Assembly (NCBI GenBank): GCA_003614675.1 | Contig: ML002327.1 | Coordinates: 1-41,487, forward strand | Length of the DNA stretch: 41,487 bases | Source: Dimargaris cristalligena | Lineage: Eukaryota | Reading direction: 5' to 3' | Shown here: positions 22,037-34,234 of the stretch, in pieces | Layout of the letters: every line of letters starts with the position of its first letter | Numbering within the stretch: position 1 is the first letter of the stretch | The notes under the pieces: model-generated | What the model was told of the DNA's origin: nothing | Seen by the model: only the letters and a program-made list of their open reading frames with translations | Database searches by the model: none | Program-made: the position numbers and the translations under genes

Positions 22037-23674
22037 TTAAAAATTTTCCTTGTTGTAGTAGAACTGAGTTCCGTCGGTGGTAGTGGTATTGGTCTTTTTA
22101 CATTGTTGGGAAAGGTTAGCGCCCAGCCGTTTCGGACCACAGAAGAACACACCAATGTCAGTCGACGGATGGTCCCGACTCATATTATTGAACACCGTTT
22201 CCCAGTTAGGCCGGCCGTAGTAGGTGGGGCTCTTGAGACCGGTTAAGGCATCTTCCTGGCCTTCCTCGTCGTTCAGCATGACGTTTCGCATTTCGTCCTG
22301 GTTGAGGCGGCCGGTTAAATAGGTGCGGATTTCAATGAACTGGTTGACATCTTCGTTTTCAATGGCCTTTAGGAGGGACTGGAACCATTCGAAGCACTCC
22401 TTGTCACGGGCGATCCAGAAGAAGTAGACCTTACGCAAACGGGACTTGCCCAGCGGAGCGTTGGTGCGGTACCAGATGGATTTGAGTACGGACGCAAAGG
22501 GGGTAACACCGATACCCGCGCCCACTAGCACAGCCACTTCGTAGTTAAAGACGTCTTCACTGGCGCACCCAAAGGGCCCGTCGATGAGGACCTGGGGCAG
22601 GGTGTGGGACTGGGTGGGAAATACCCGACCGGCGCTCGTAAACTGCGTGGAGGAGGTAGAGGATTCAATGGCGTTCACCACATGGGGTCGCTGCAGCTTC
22701 GCGCGGCCCTTGGTTTGTTTCCGGTCGACCAGTTCGCAGCCCAGGCGAATGGCGAAGGCTCGGGTCCAGTTGCCCACTACCCGCATATGGATGGAAATGA
22801 ATTTCTCCTCGGGCGATGACGTCAGCGTAAACGGATGCCACTGGTGCAGCGAGACCTCGGGGCAATTGATGAAGATGTACTGGCCGGCCTGGGAGTGCCA
22901 GAAGTCCTTGCGGATCTGGATTTCCACGGTATTGGAGGGGTGTTGGACGACTTTGGTGATGACGGTCTTGTGCCTACTGCGGGTTTCCCGTAGGCAGCGT
23001 TCGATCAAATACATGACCCCAGAGGCTACCCAGTACTTCCAGAAGCTGGCCATGTTGCTACATTGGCCGGAGTCGGGCTTGACCAGACAGAAACCGCCGT
23101 GGATGGTGAACCCGCCGAAGAACACGAGGAACAGGTGGTGGGTATACCAAAAGGTCTCGAAACTGCGACGCCTGACTTTGGCCTGGGACGTAATCACCAT
23201 CAGGACCAGGGCGAACAGCATGATATGGCCGGTCAGACCGGGACCCGACACGAAGCAGTAGTAGGCGAAGCTGGGGCCGGTGGGGTTGGCCTGGACCAGT
23301 TTGGCATAATTGGCGTAGTGGCAAAAGGTGTGAATCAAGGTAAACACCAGAATGGAGTAGCCGCAGAGCTTGTGGAAGGTGATGTTTCGGTCAAAGGGGA
23401 TCACCCGGGCCAGCGGGGTCGACCGCAGGAGCGAGATGAAGGTTCGGCAGACGGGGAAGAGAACCAGGGCAATGTCGACGTGTAGGACGAGGGCACTGGC
23501 GCGGGCGATAATGAGGGACCAGCCCAGAAGGCCGCGGGCGTTGGTGTACACGGAGGTGAAGCGGTAGTTGACGATACCCAAGGCGAAGATTAGGGCCTGG
23601 AGAAACAGCCACAGCATAAGGAAGGCCGTGGCCTGGATGTCGTTCACATAGAACAGACGCCTGAAGAAACCCAT
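22037..23674 (-). CDS. noxA: NADPH oxidase catalytic subunit, NoxA/gp91phox type, intronless, 545 aa
   Basis: Heme-ligand His pairs (TFHK..LIHT; YTHH..TIHG), FAD motif WHPFTLTS, NADPH motifs GAGIGVTPF and VFFCGP, Nox-type TGLKSPTYYGRPNW and terminal KENF. No EF-hands or NoxB-type N-terminal extension. Confidence 0.95.
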   Translation of the reverse strand: MGFFRRLFYVNDIQATAFLMLWLFLQALIFALGIVNYRFTSVYTNARGLLGWSLIIARASALVLHVDIALVLFPVCRTFISLLRSTPLARVIPFDRNITFHKLCGYSILVFTLIHTFCHYANYAKLVQANPTGPSFAYYCFVSGPGLTGHIMLFALVLMVITSQAKVRRRSFETFWYTHHLFLVFFGGFTIHGGFCLVKPDSGQCSNMASFWKYWVASGVMYLIERCLRETRSRHKTVITKVVQHPSNTVEIQIRKDFWHSQAGQYIFINCPEVSLHQWHPFTLTSSPEEKFISIHMRVVGNWTRAFAIRLGCELVDRKQTKGRAKLQRPHVVNAIESSTSSTQFTSAGRVFPTQSHTLPQVLIDGPFGCASEDVFNYEVAVLVGAGIGVTPFASVLKSIWYRTNAPLGKSRLRKVYFFWIARDKECFEWFQSLLKAIENEDVNQFIEIRTYLTGRLNQDEMRNVMLNDEEGQEDALTGLKSPTYYGRPNWETVFNNMSRDHPSTDIGVFFCGPKRLGANLSQQCKKTNTTTTDGTQFYYNKENF

Positions 23675-25819
23675 GGTGACACTAACCAAGAAATATCAAC
23701 GGAATAGCACGGCGTGGGGTTTTTTCAGCTCCACGGGATATATATATATGTATTATAGCAGACACGGCCGGGCTGAGGAAAAAGGCGGTGTAGCATGCAA
23801 ACTGAGCAAGGAATAGACTACAAAAGTAAAAGACACCCAGAGTAGCTGATGTGATGGGCTCTCCTAGTATGAAAGAGGTGTGGATAAGAGAAGGAGGAGG
23901 CGGAAGGAGGGGGGGGATATAGAAGAGTTGTTGGACAGGCTCTATAGTAGCAGCAGCCGGTTGGCAGGGAGTGTAAACTGAGACACTAGGCGAACTAGAG
24001 CAAAATAAGGCAGCCGAGAAGAGGGGTAATAATATATTCCTTCAAATAGCCGATTCACTCTCACTGGATGAGCACAGCTCAATTGACCAGGTTGGTGTCC
24101 TTAGGGGGAGCACGATGGAGTAGAGTCGAAAGAGGAGGGAGGGAGGGGGTAGGCTACAGTAAACGACAAGGGCAGGGGGGATACACCATACAACGTCTCG
24201 AGAGAGTCGAAATGGCCTGGAATAGTGGAATAAAAAAAGGGGAGTGATAATAAAGAAAAGGCCCCGAAACTAAAAGGATTGTAGTATAGGATAAGGATAG
24301 TATGGTTGGAGGTATTCTTCATTAAGAGCTCTAAATACTGGGCGAGAAAGAGCCAAACAAGAGGCGCGGGGGAAGCTCTCTGTGTAATATACTATAATAT
24401 ACTATAACCCCCCCCCCTGCGAATGGAGAAGCCGTTGCTGATTAAAGTAGAATAAAAGAACCGATAAAAATGATACGAGGGAGGACCATGATGGGCTAAA
24501 ATAATGGACCATTTGCTCTGCGCCAATGGCCATGTGGGAATATTACTAATAGATGATGTACCGCGGAGCTCCACAGGCTGCTGGCGATGGTAGTGTGAAT
24601 GGGCTCCCGCTTCGACCAAGGTGGGACTTACGAGAACAAGTGCATGTTTTCCCAATGACAAAACTTGGCTGGGTCCCAGCCTAATCGACCCGAAACCAGA
24701 ATCGACAATATTCCCGTCAAACGAGAATGTCTCCGTGGAAGAGAAAGCGGCGACGATGGTTTAATGCAATTGCAATTCTTAATAAACCAGCATCCACCAT
24801 AAGACCGTGCGAGACGGGGTAGCTTATCCTATAAAACAGACAGCAAGATGGGTGTGGAATACAGGTAGACTGATGGGATCCAAGCCAATCAAGAAACCAC
24901 CCCAAGACAGGGTGGCTAGAAGAGTATCGCCGGGTGGACTCTTTCGGGGCCACGGAGTAGCCAGCTTAATATACCTACTCTAAATTTAGTAGGGACCACC
25001 AATGGTTTACCCCACCAGAAGACAGCTTGGAGCTTGAAAACGATGATTCCACAAAATATACCCAGGAAGATCCTGCTATAATATACCGAAAACCCTATTT
25101 TAACCCAAGTGGGTCAAGAAAAAGTGAAGAACAAGGTTCCAAATTTTAGAGCGCAACTGTAAATAGCGGTGCCGTGATTTTCCAAAGGGCCTGCGTCCAA
25201 TTTTAACCCCGCTTCCTAGTGGGGATTTATGGATTGCCACCGGTCAGCAGTCCAGACCATCGGCGAACAGAGCAGTTCTGGGGGGGGATAATTGATGAAT
25301 AAGGAATTTTCCGTTTAAGCCAGGCCCATTTGCCATGTTTCTCGTTATCGCCATCACCATTCCAGGCAAATACACAACAGTATATCTCTAAAATTATACC
25401 CGCCAGTGACTATCGCTTTTCGAATATCACATGTGCACTGATAAGGGGGGGGGGGTCCCGCTGACAGCTGGCCCCTTGCTCGAACAGTCCTGCTGGTTTC
25501 AGTTACGCCAGGCTAAATCCCAGATATTCCCCCTAATACTTCTTGGCATCGACAAGTGACCAGCATTTATTTGACCTTATTTAAATGGGGATTTCCGTCG
25601 GATGGCGTTGTGGTGTAGGTAACAGAGTGAACCGATGAATATAAATATAAATGATTGGAAAATGTAATGAAATGCATTGTAGGGAGTGTATGTCAATGGT
25701 ATGGTTAATATGGACGACTGTTTTTCAGCTTATTCGGTAAACCCAGGTAAGAGCATGAAGTGCCTGGCATAAGTAGGTCTGGGGTATATTAGATAGAACC
25801 TGTCCCTACCCCGTTAAGA

Positions 25820-25841
25820 AATATATATATATATATATATA
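25820..25841. repeat. (AT)n microsatellite; similar tracts near 15584, 21996, 36827 and 39897, plus (AAT)n at 18558 and (AG)n at 21772
   Basis: Read directly. Confidence 0.9.
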
Positions 25842-25842
25842 G

Positions 25843-28435
25843 CTATACCACCGGGGGGTCAAAGCCCGCATAGCCAATATCATCATCCTCAACCGCAAGG
25901 GACATTGCGGTAGGTGGGGAATTAGCCGTCCTTCCCGTCAATGACGATATACCACCATCCTCGGACCCTTGTTTTGCAAATTTGCGGGAATAGCCGGGGT
26001 CAACTTGCCACAGTCGCAAAGTATGGTCGTCCGAACAGGATGCCAGACTTCCCAACTGAGTTCGGGACCAGGCCACCGCACTCACTTCTTTACTGTGGGA
26101 GGTCAATGTGAGGGGGGGCCGGGTGGGCTCATCAATTGACCAAATGTAAATGCGGTGGTCCGACGATCCTGAAGCGACGAATGCATTGTCGGGACTAGTG
26201 GTAAGTTTCATATAAAATGAGCTGCACTTAAAGTTCGGCGCCGTAAATGCTGCGATGGGCTGACCAATGTGGTGGGTATTGTACATGTAGATGCTGTTCG
26301 CATGCAGGGTTGTGATAATCGTATCAGCAATAAATAATTACAAATATAGGGTTGTGAGTATGTGTGTATATTAGACATCTTTTCAGAAAACACATAAAAT
26401 CAAACAAAACAGACTACCCGTGAGGGAAAACATATCATTTACGAGTGAAACTAAAACTTAGGCCAGTCCATGACAAACCATGTTCAAATTAATGACCATT
26501 CAGTAAATCGAAACAGGGCAATCGTGGCCGCTTTGAACGGAATTCAATATCCCACCCTACGAGTGAATCTAAAAATAGGACAGTCCTTGTAAGGGAGCAA
26601 AAACCCTGATATGACCAAAAGAGCAGTACTAAAACAGGTCGACTTACGTGTGATCAGCGGAAAGAGCCATAAGGCGACTTCCGTCGGCTGTTACAGCCAA
26701 GGAGGATATACCTAAAGGGTGAAAATAAACCATGAGCAGTGAACCAGGTTAAGCAGGTTAGGCGAGAAACGATGGTTGGGGTGCAAATTCAATACTCTCA
26801 TTTCCTGATCATTAAAACGATAACCCAGTTGCAAAGATGGCATGCCAAACTATCACTGACTCAACCATATAATAAGTGCCGAAACTCACCTCGCGAGCGG
26901 CCGGTTCGACCAGGGCAGATGGATTGCTCCACCGGAGTAGGGCTAAACTTCCCCATATGCCGACCCATTTGCCGCGTATCCCAGTATTTTATCGTCCTAA
27001 ACAAATATTGGGAAATACGGGTTTTAAGGGATAGTAAAGCTAGATGGGTTAGCATGGGGGTTACATGGGTGGTCGTTGTACAGGAATCACTCAATATCGA
27101 GAGGGTGGCTACGTGTAGTACATGACTATCAATGACAAAGCTAGGAATATATTTTTTAAAAAAGTACACCCATCCAAAGGAAGTGTCCTATAGCGCGCGG
27201 ACTTACCCATTGACGACACCAGCACTCGCCAACCACTGCGCGCGATGGGGCATATAAACCACTGCGGTTGCACTCTGACCGTTGTTAATCAAGGGTTTGA
27301 TCCGGGACCGCCGGGGGGAACCGGGCCGGCCCTGGGCGATGGGTGATGCCCAGATATTCCGGGTCCGTCGGCGGGATGGACTTCCCGGCTGCGGCGGGTT
27401 CACTCCGCTCACCGACCGGGGCCAGCGGGGCGTCACCGTCATGGGCGGGATTTTCCCTCCGGAAATGGAGAGGTCGGCCAAGGCGGACCAGCAGGTGGAT
27501 GACGCTGATGATGACCCGGCGGCCGGCTGAAGGTCCGAGATGGAATGGGCTTCGCTAATGACATCCGCCGGCCGGTAAATCAGCATGTCTAATGCGTCAT
27601 CCCGGCCCCGATTCGAGAGGTTATAGGGGTCACCAGCCGAAGCCCGTCGACTGGCGCATCTTAGATCCCATACCACGACCCGACCGTCCCGCCCGGCCGA
27701 GGCGAATACAAAAGGGTCCTGGGAACACCAGGAGCAGGACTTGACACTGCCCTCATGGGTCTGGTTAAACAGGGCCGTGCAGACCCGCCGTTCGACATCC
27801 CACAGTTTGACCGTTTGGTCGCCGGAAGCGGATAGAATCCGGGAGCCGTCGGGATGCCATTGTACGTCGAAAATAGCGTTATTATGGGCCGACCAGAAGG
27901 ACGAACAGGCCGGACCCACCACCACCCCTTCGTCATTAGGCCGACCCAACCCACTGGAACGGTACAGCGAGCCTGAACCTAAACCAGAGCGTGAACGTGA
28001 ACTGGGTAGGGGACTGGGACTCGGGGACCGCTGATTGCGCCTATACGACGTTGTCGAAGACCGCGAAGAAGGGGGCGGGGGATCGGTGCTGGTACGGCGG
28101 GTATCGGCCAGTAACATAATACCGTCTTCGTTGGCGGTCATGACGAAATGCTCGAACTGGGGCACGGGGTTATACTGGCAGGCAAAGAGCGGGGCCCCTC
28201 GGTCGGTCACATCGGCGAACCGGTACACCTGTCGGGGTGAATGCGTCAAATAACATAGGTACCGCCGTAGCGTCAAACGGGCCCTATCGGTCCGTTCGGA
28301 ACCGGGGAAACTCCGACCGGGCAGACCCCGTGGGGGGCGAGTAATGTAGCGATGGGGGTGACCACCGCCGTCGGGGCCGCGAACCCCGAAATTAAGCTGC
28401 CGGTGACCGGGAATGAGGGCTTCGGGCCGACTCAT
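25843..28435 (-). CDS. cdt2: WD40 protein, Cdt2/DTL (CRL4 substrate receptor) homologue; exons 28435-27207, 26996-26890, 26711-26648, 26293-25843 (616 aa)
   Basis: Family motifs ANEDG, AHNNAIFDVQW, SASGDQT, GRDG..VWDLR, IKYWDTR and SSFYMK. Three GT-AG introns (GTAAGT, GTGAGT, GTAAGT donors) join in frame; total 1851 nt. Confidence 0.88.
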
Positions 28436-28965
28436 AGTTTATGGACGGGCCAGTGAAATGGCGAGCGTATAGGTAGGTGTATGTAGGGGCTGATCCACTT
28501 TGTTGGTTTAGCTGTTGTCGTGGGGGGGGGGGGGTTTAAAAGAATGACACTAAGCGACAAGACGGTCCGGAAATGCCCCCGGTGACCTTATGGGGGTATA
28601 TGGGAGGCGGGTAAGACCCGAAAATGAGCCAGCAATGGGAATTGATTAATGCAGAGGGTTTTGGGGGCTAATGGCCAGTAAGAGTGGTAAGTGATCCGAG
28701 ACACACAAGGGATGGCTTGAAACGCTATAATAGGACGTCAAAGCCAAGCCAATGGCTTTCAAGGGAGCCGCTTAACCAGAAGAAAAGGCGTAAACAACTG
28801 AGTTATAATACGTAGTAGTCCATATGGAGTGGTAGATGTTTTACTGTTACTTTGGGAGTGTAAAAGGACTACCAGGGTTGAGTACCAAATACAGCAATAT
28901 TGCCATACTCTGTTGTTAACAGCCTCCACTATCTATCTGTCCACACCTCTGTGCTTTTGGGCAAC

Positions 28966-29109
28966 ATATGGGAGAAGTTCATCCAAGCTGTATAACGAAA
29001 AATTCATTTGATAAGGCCAATATTACTAGTTAAAAATAAATTTCCCATATATTCTCCCATACACATATAATGCAAACCCTTATATAGCTGGGCTGAATTT
29101 CACCCATAT
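28966..29109 (-). mobile_element. 144-bp MITE, well-preserved copy
   Basis: Ends ATATGGGAGAAGTTCATCCAAGCTGTATAA and (reverse complement) ATATGGGTGAAATTCAGCCCAGCTATATAA match at 25 of 30 positions. Confidence 0.9.
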
Positions 29110-29792
29110 GAATGTGAGGGGGGTTAGTGTGGTTTAGTGAATCTGGTACATCACCCTTTTGGCTGCAGGTACTTCTAACGGCTAGCCAATCAAACTTGGG
29201 GACGGTAGGGATTGGTAAACAACTCAAGCTTGGGCCAATGTTTATCCATAAACAACAGCCCACGCCGCCTAGCAAGTCGGAGGAAGTCAACTTTTTTGTA
29301 TATTCCCAATTATAATAAAAATGGCTCGGGAGACCTTGCCGATGCTGATGGCATAGCAGAAGGAAACTATAAAACGCACGACTATCGTGGCAGTAGGGTG
29401 ATGTCGTTAATCAGGCGGGCAAAAATAAATGCCAAACATTTACACAATCTGCTGCTACTAGCACTACCGATACAGCTTAACGACATTTTTACCTACCAAA
29501 ACCATTCCTGTCCTCAGAGATGACTTTATATTAACCATTTCTAACCGATCTAAATACTAGTATTTCCCCAGAGACTTACCACCAGTATCCATAGGCTCAG
29601 TGTTGTATTTTTCATCCCGACATTCCATTAAAGTCCTGATAATAATGTATATCCAGTAGTTTATAACATTACGTGAATGCAAAAAAATAGCACATCTAAG
29701 CATAAGAAGGCAACTAACAATCCCAATTGCCAGTGTATTGTACCACTTCTTCAAAATCCAAGGCGTTACTCTCCCTCCCCAGTCAGCCCTAG

Positions 29793-31004
29793 TTACACTA
29801 TGCTCGCCGGATTAAGTGTTCTCAAAACCGCCAGCATTGTTTGATATTCTAACTTAATTTCGCCATTTTCGACTTGTGACAGTTCTTCAGTTGGCCAAAC
29901 AGTGATCGACCTAACTATGACTGGATACGTTCTCGTTAACCACATGTAGCTGAAAAACGTGTTGGCTTCGTCCGTGGCCAAGGGACTGTACCCCACACTA
30001 TATGCGATAGTCTGAGCCGTATGGCCAAACGTTGGGAAGGCATATAACAGAATCAGTTGCTGATCCCGGTGCATGTCTAAACTCCGTTGCGATCCTTGTT
30101 CAATAGTGGACAGGATTTGGTGGTGGTCGTTAGGGGAAGCGGAATTGAATGAGTCCAAAGTTGCCTGGATACTGGTGGCATCCTCATCAACCCAATGAGC
30201 CGTCCCCATGAAAGCATACTTGGCGGGCGCGGTTAAATGAAGTTGGATAGCGTGGAGTTGGATTTCATTGATCAATTGACCGTACTGTTCTTTTAGTGAA
30301 TAGCTCAGGGCAACCGCAACCAGCTGGCGGCTGTTCGGGACCCCGGACGACAAGTAGGATTCACCGTAATATGGATTGGGAGCGGGTCTAGGCGCCCAGT
30401 CCGCGGAGTTGTAATTAGTGTGGTTGGTGGAGGGATCCACCCCGATCGGTTGATAAGAACGGTCTTCGTCGGCCCATTTCCCCTGGTTTGGAGTGGCTGC
30501 GTGGGAAGAGCTATCCATGAGGCTTTCGGAGCTGAATGCCTGATTTCCAGATAGCATTGAGTTCGACCATGATCCAAGATACTGTGAAGGGGAGGACCAG
30601 TGGAGAGGATTATAGTCGGTCTGGGCGTCTTCCCCTTCCGATGACCCGTCTTGGTAACGGGTTTGGATAGCACTCTGCCCATCTGACTCCCCCATATATT
30701 CTTGATCAGCCGCTGTATGGGAGTGAAAACCAATAAAATTCGGCTCAACCACAAGCTCATCGCTGGCTTGACAGTGCTGAGGGGCAATCAGTTCATAGTG
30801 ATTACGGGCCACCCCCCCACTCCCGATGCTATAATTCGGGATTATACTTCCGGAATGGATCGGATAATTGGGAAAAGTTGCTTCGGTCATTCGATTCACA
30901 TTTCCCTGAGGTGGTGGACTGGGTCGTTGCCACATGGGGGTGGCATTGGTGGTCGTTAGCCCCGAGGCCAATGCTAGAGTTGATATGCCGACTAGGAGAA
31001 GCAT
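29793..31004 (-). CDS. Secreted hypothetical protein, 403 aa: disordered N-terminal half and helical C-terminal domain
   Basis: Signal peptide MLLLVGISTLALASGLTTTNA; intact 1.2-kb ORF; TATATAAAAA on minus at ~31171-31180. Confidence 0.8.
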   Translation of the reverse strand: MLLLVGISTLALASGLTTTNATPMWQRPSPPPQGNVNRMTEATFPNYPIHSGSIIPNYSIGSGGVARNHYELIAPQHCQASDELVVEPNFIGFHSHTAADQEYMGESDGQSAIQTRYQDGSSEGEDAQTDYNPLHWSSPSQYLGSWSNSMLSGNQAFSSESLMDSSSHAATPNQGKWADEDRSYQPIGVDPSTNHTNYNSADWAPRPAPNPYYGESYLSSGVPNSRQLVAVALSYSLKEQYGQLINEIQLHAIQLHLTAPAKYAFMGTAHWVDEDATSIQATLDSFNSASPNDHHQILSTIEQGSQRSLDMHRDQQLILLYAFPTFGHTAQTIAYSVGYSPLATDEANTFFSYMWLTRTYPVIVRSITVWPTEELSQVENGEIKLEYQTMLAVLRTLNPASIV

Positions 31005-31819
31005 GTCGAAAAATTAGATTAAAAGGAATGTAGATATGCGGATACTCCAAAATTTAAGCGTATGGGATTGTAATATAAACCAAAGGGGGGGAGTAAGTGC
31101 CGATTGAAAAACGGAATCGAATCAAATCGAGTCATTGATACCCCAACATGGACGAGGCCCGGGGCTCTTCTTTTTATATATTTAGTCAAGAATAGTATAT
31201 ACCTATATTTTTTTTTCACGCCGGTGTTTGTAATCCATGCCAAGTGCAGTTAGGCACTTGGATCAATTCACAGGTATGATACTGTCTGGGCCGAAACACA
31301 TCCATCCCTACAACAATGATGCCAGATGAATGGCTGTGACTTACATGCCCCCCTTGTCGCTTCACGTTTATTGGGCACAAAAAGCGTCAGTATCAAGCCC
31401 CAAAAGCAAATCAGCTCGCCAAATCTCCCTGTCACATTACAAGTGCCACACACTTGGATATAGTAGTTAGGTTACATCTTGGTCACACAAGACTACATGG
31501 GCAAACAGGCACAATAGCCCTTCCCCCCTTTTCTCTCAGTCCCCTCAATTATATATCACTTGGAACTCCTCATTCATGCTTGACACCCACCTTATTTGAC
31601 AAAAAGTGGTGGTATGACCCTACGGGAATGGCTGCTATCATATCATGATGAAGGTCAACCATCCAAAAAAAAAAGCCCTCCGCTAGCTTATCAGTCAGTT
31701 GGGGGGGGTACTGTATAAAGCTGTAAAATAACTGACAAATAGTATGTGGCATTTTTTGGTCCACTTTTGGTGGGATTCTCCTTTTTTTTTCCTTTCTCCA
31801 AATACCCAATATTCAAAAG

Positions 31820-31980
31820 TCAGCCCACTAGTTTATTGTATTGAAAATGTTAGAATGGTAAATTTGAGGGTAAATTCAAGTACCTTCAAATACAACTTAA
31901 AGGATTTAAAGAAGAGTGGAGGAACTGCAAAGGGCAAAGCTAGATTCCTACAATTGGCTTTATTGGGCTGAATAATAGCA
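31820..31980 (+). pseudogene. Decayed coding relic, copy C, cut off by the LTR at 31981
   Basis: GTAAATTCAAGTACCTTCAAATACAACTTAAAGGATTTAAAGAAGAG aligns with the reverse complement of 10903-10950; frame reads GKFKYLQIQLKGFKEEWRNCKGQS*IPTIGFIGLNNS. Confidence 0.65.
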
Positions 31981-32570
31981 TGTCACCTGGGTTAACTACT
32001 CTTAGTCCATCAGGAGTCTTAAGGATAGGCTTCTAATAGTAGGTGGGGATTAGGCTCAGCCAAGTAGGCTATTAGTGTCATGTACAGGGCACAGTACTAA
32101 CTAATAAAGGCTAAATATAGGTATATATAAGGGATATGCAGTTGGTACACTTACTAGTTAGTATAAGGGGGATTAAGTATATATAGAGTATATTAGGGTA
32201 AACTGGGGGGTAAGAATAAGCTTGGGAATCTAACTAGTCCCAATGGGGCCTACTTATATATATATAGGGACAACTCCAGAGGGAGGTCTTAGGGGAAGGA
32301 TACTACTATAGCTAAGGTGTGGATAAGTAAAGAATCCGACCAGACAGCTTCACATTAGGAAGACTTTTATGGGAACTGGAAGAGGCTTGGATCAGTGAGC
32401 TAAGTGTTTGGAGTGCAAAGCATTGGGGTTAAATGAGCAGGATTACATAATAAAAGATGACCCCATAGTACTGGGGGTGACTATAGGAGGGTTAATATGG
32501 CACTATAAGGCTGTAAGTAGGATGGGTGATCACTAGGTCTGGATTAAGTTAGATTAGGAGGGCTAATAGC
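31981..32570 (+). mobile_element. Solo-LTR-like element, same family as 9176-9725 (right end approximate)
   Basis: Starts TGTCACC; shares GATAGGCTTCTAA.AGTAGGTGGGG.TTAG.CTCAGCCAAGT and GGGTAAACTG.GGGGTAAGAA with the other copy. Confidence 0.7.
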
Positions 32571-33039
32571 CTTTACATGAGAAATTTTACCAGCATCATA
32601 GCCTTAGAGTTAGACCTTATTGAAGTCAAAGAAGAGGCTCTGGCAAACCTTGGGTGGCCTTATAAGAAGAGTTATCAGTGTGCTATCTTTTTGGCTATGA
32701 TTATGATGCCTTGGTATTATTAGACTATTTCAAATTGATGGATGAGGTGTGATTATTGGAAGATATGGAACCATATGAAATTGGCAGGTGTCATTCCCAA
32801 TATGGCAAATTTGGTGAAATGTTCATTAAGTGCAGCACAGATACTGCTGGTAATTAGAGTACAGTGGTCTCCTACCTTACCCTCCATTCCACCTTACCTG
32901 AGAATCTCAACCTTCCTGAATCAGTCTTTAAAGTCACAACTATAAGTGAACCTATGGTTGACTAGTGGCTCATGTACTCTGGTTATAGCTAAGATAATAT
33001 CCAATTGGCTCAATGGAGCACTTAAAAGTGCACTATATT

Positions 33040-34058
33040 GAGGTAGTTATTTCTTTATGCAAGCTGATTCTCCTTTCCTTCAGCTTTCTAACTTATACTT
33101 CCATTTGTTTTTCTGTTTATTATTGATGAAGTTATAGTCTGTCAAAATCAATAGTGATTTTAACCCATAATAATTGACTACTTCATATCACTACTTTTAT
33201 ATTATTGATGATCCTTTATAAGTGGGGCTTGGGAATAACTAGCTTCCAGTGGATTCCTTCTTGGAATTAGACCATACAACTACTTAGCATGAATTCGTTT
33301 TATTAGTTTTATCAATGTCCAATATGAAGGAGGACTGGGAAGACTGTGTCTTCTAACCTTCCAATTTCTATATTTTACTTCCATTTAACATACTCATGAC
33401 TATAGTTTAGCCAGTAGGTTAGTTTTTTTCCTACCACAGGTTTTTATGACCTATAATTATCACAGTTATTATTCTTAGCTTTATTTATTTAGGTTGGTTA
33501 ATCTCTTATATATACCCTAGCCATGTCCCCTCAGTTGAAGGGATGAGTTAAATTCGAGATAAGTGTTTTGTGATATGTTATTTTCAATATAAGCCTCTAT
33601 TACTCAGAATAAACATTTATATTAACTTTACCAGATGAGCCTGATGATTATCCTTTACCCAGTTTTTATTTGATTATTTTATTACTACTACTCCTACTTG
33701 TTTTACTTTCATTCACTTAGTTTAAAGTTGTGGTACCTCTGAGTACCAAATTGATTATACTGTTTGATTATAATGTATTTTTTATAACATTTTTAGTTTA
33801 TTTTATTCTTATTATCAACTGACAACATGAGATAACGACATATGACGTGATGGACGACCAGAAGATCAGTGGTGACTTTCCCAAGGTCAACTCAGTCTTG
33901 ACCCCCTCAAACCCAACAAAGTCCAACCCTCCGCACTATATGACGAAATATAGTGACCCATCCAGTGGAAAGAAACCGGAGCTTCCCCCTCCTACTGACA
34001 CTCCCAAAGACAAACCAGTGGAGCCCCTTAAATAGTTGACAACACATTTATCATGGGT
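33040..34058 (+). repeat. ~0.9-kb dispersed repeat, copy 2, with a ~90-bp insertion near 33240-33335; ORF 33850-34035
   Basis: Collinear with 14970-15860 in the same orientation. Confidence 0.8.
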
Positions 34059-34090
34059 TTTAAATTTACGAATACAGGTTGCAAATTTTT

Positions 34091-34234
34091 ATATGGGAGA
34101 AGTTCATCCAGGCTGTATAACGAATAATCCATTTGATAAGGTAAATATTACTGGTCAAAAGTTATTCTCCCACATATTATCCCATACATATATTGTGTAA
34201 AATCTTATACAGTTGGGTTAAAGTTCACTCATAT
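34091..34234 (-). mobile_element. 144-bp MITE
   Basis: ATATGGGAGAAGTTCATCCAGGCTGTATAA...TTATACAGTTGGGTTAAAGTTCACTCATAT. Confidence 0.9.

Larger units (their letters stand above)
31450..33830. mobile_element. Second CpG-depleted block of decayed transposon relics
   Basis: About five CpG in ~2.4 kb by eye. Contains relic copy C, a solo-LTR-like element and the leader of repeat copy 2. Confidence 0.75.

Noticed and set aside
22584-23485. Long plus-strand ORFs opposite noxA (and similar ones opposite cdt2, RAD51 and HEM1)
   Set aside because: Antisense shadows of GC3-rich coding sequence; no recognisable protein features.
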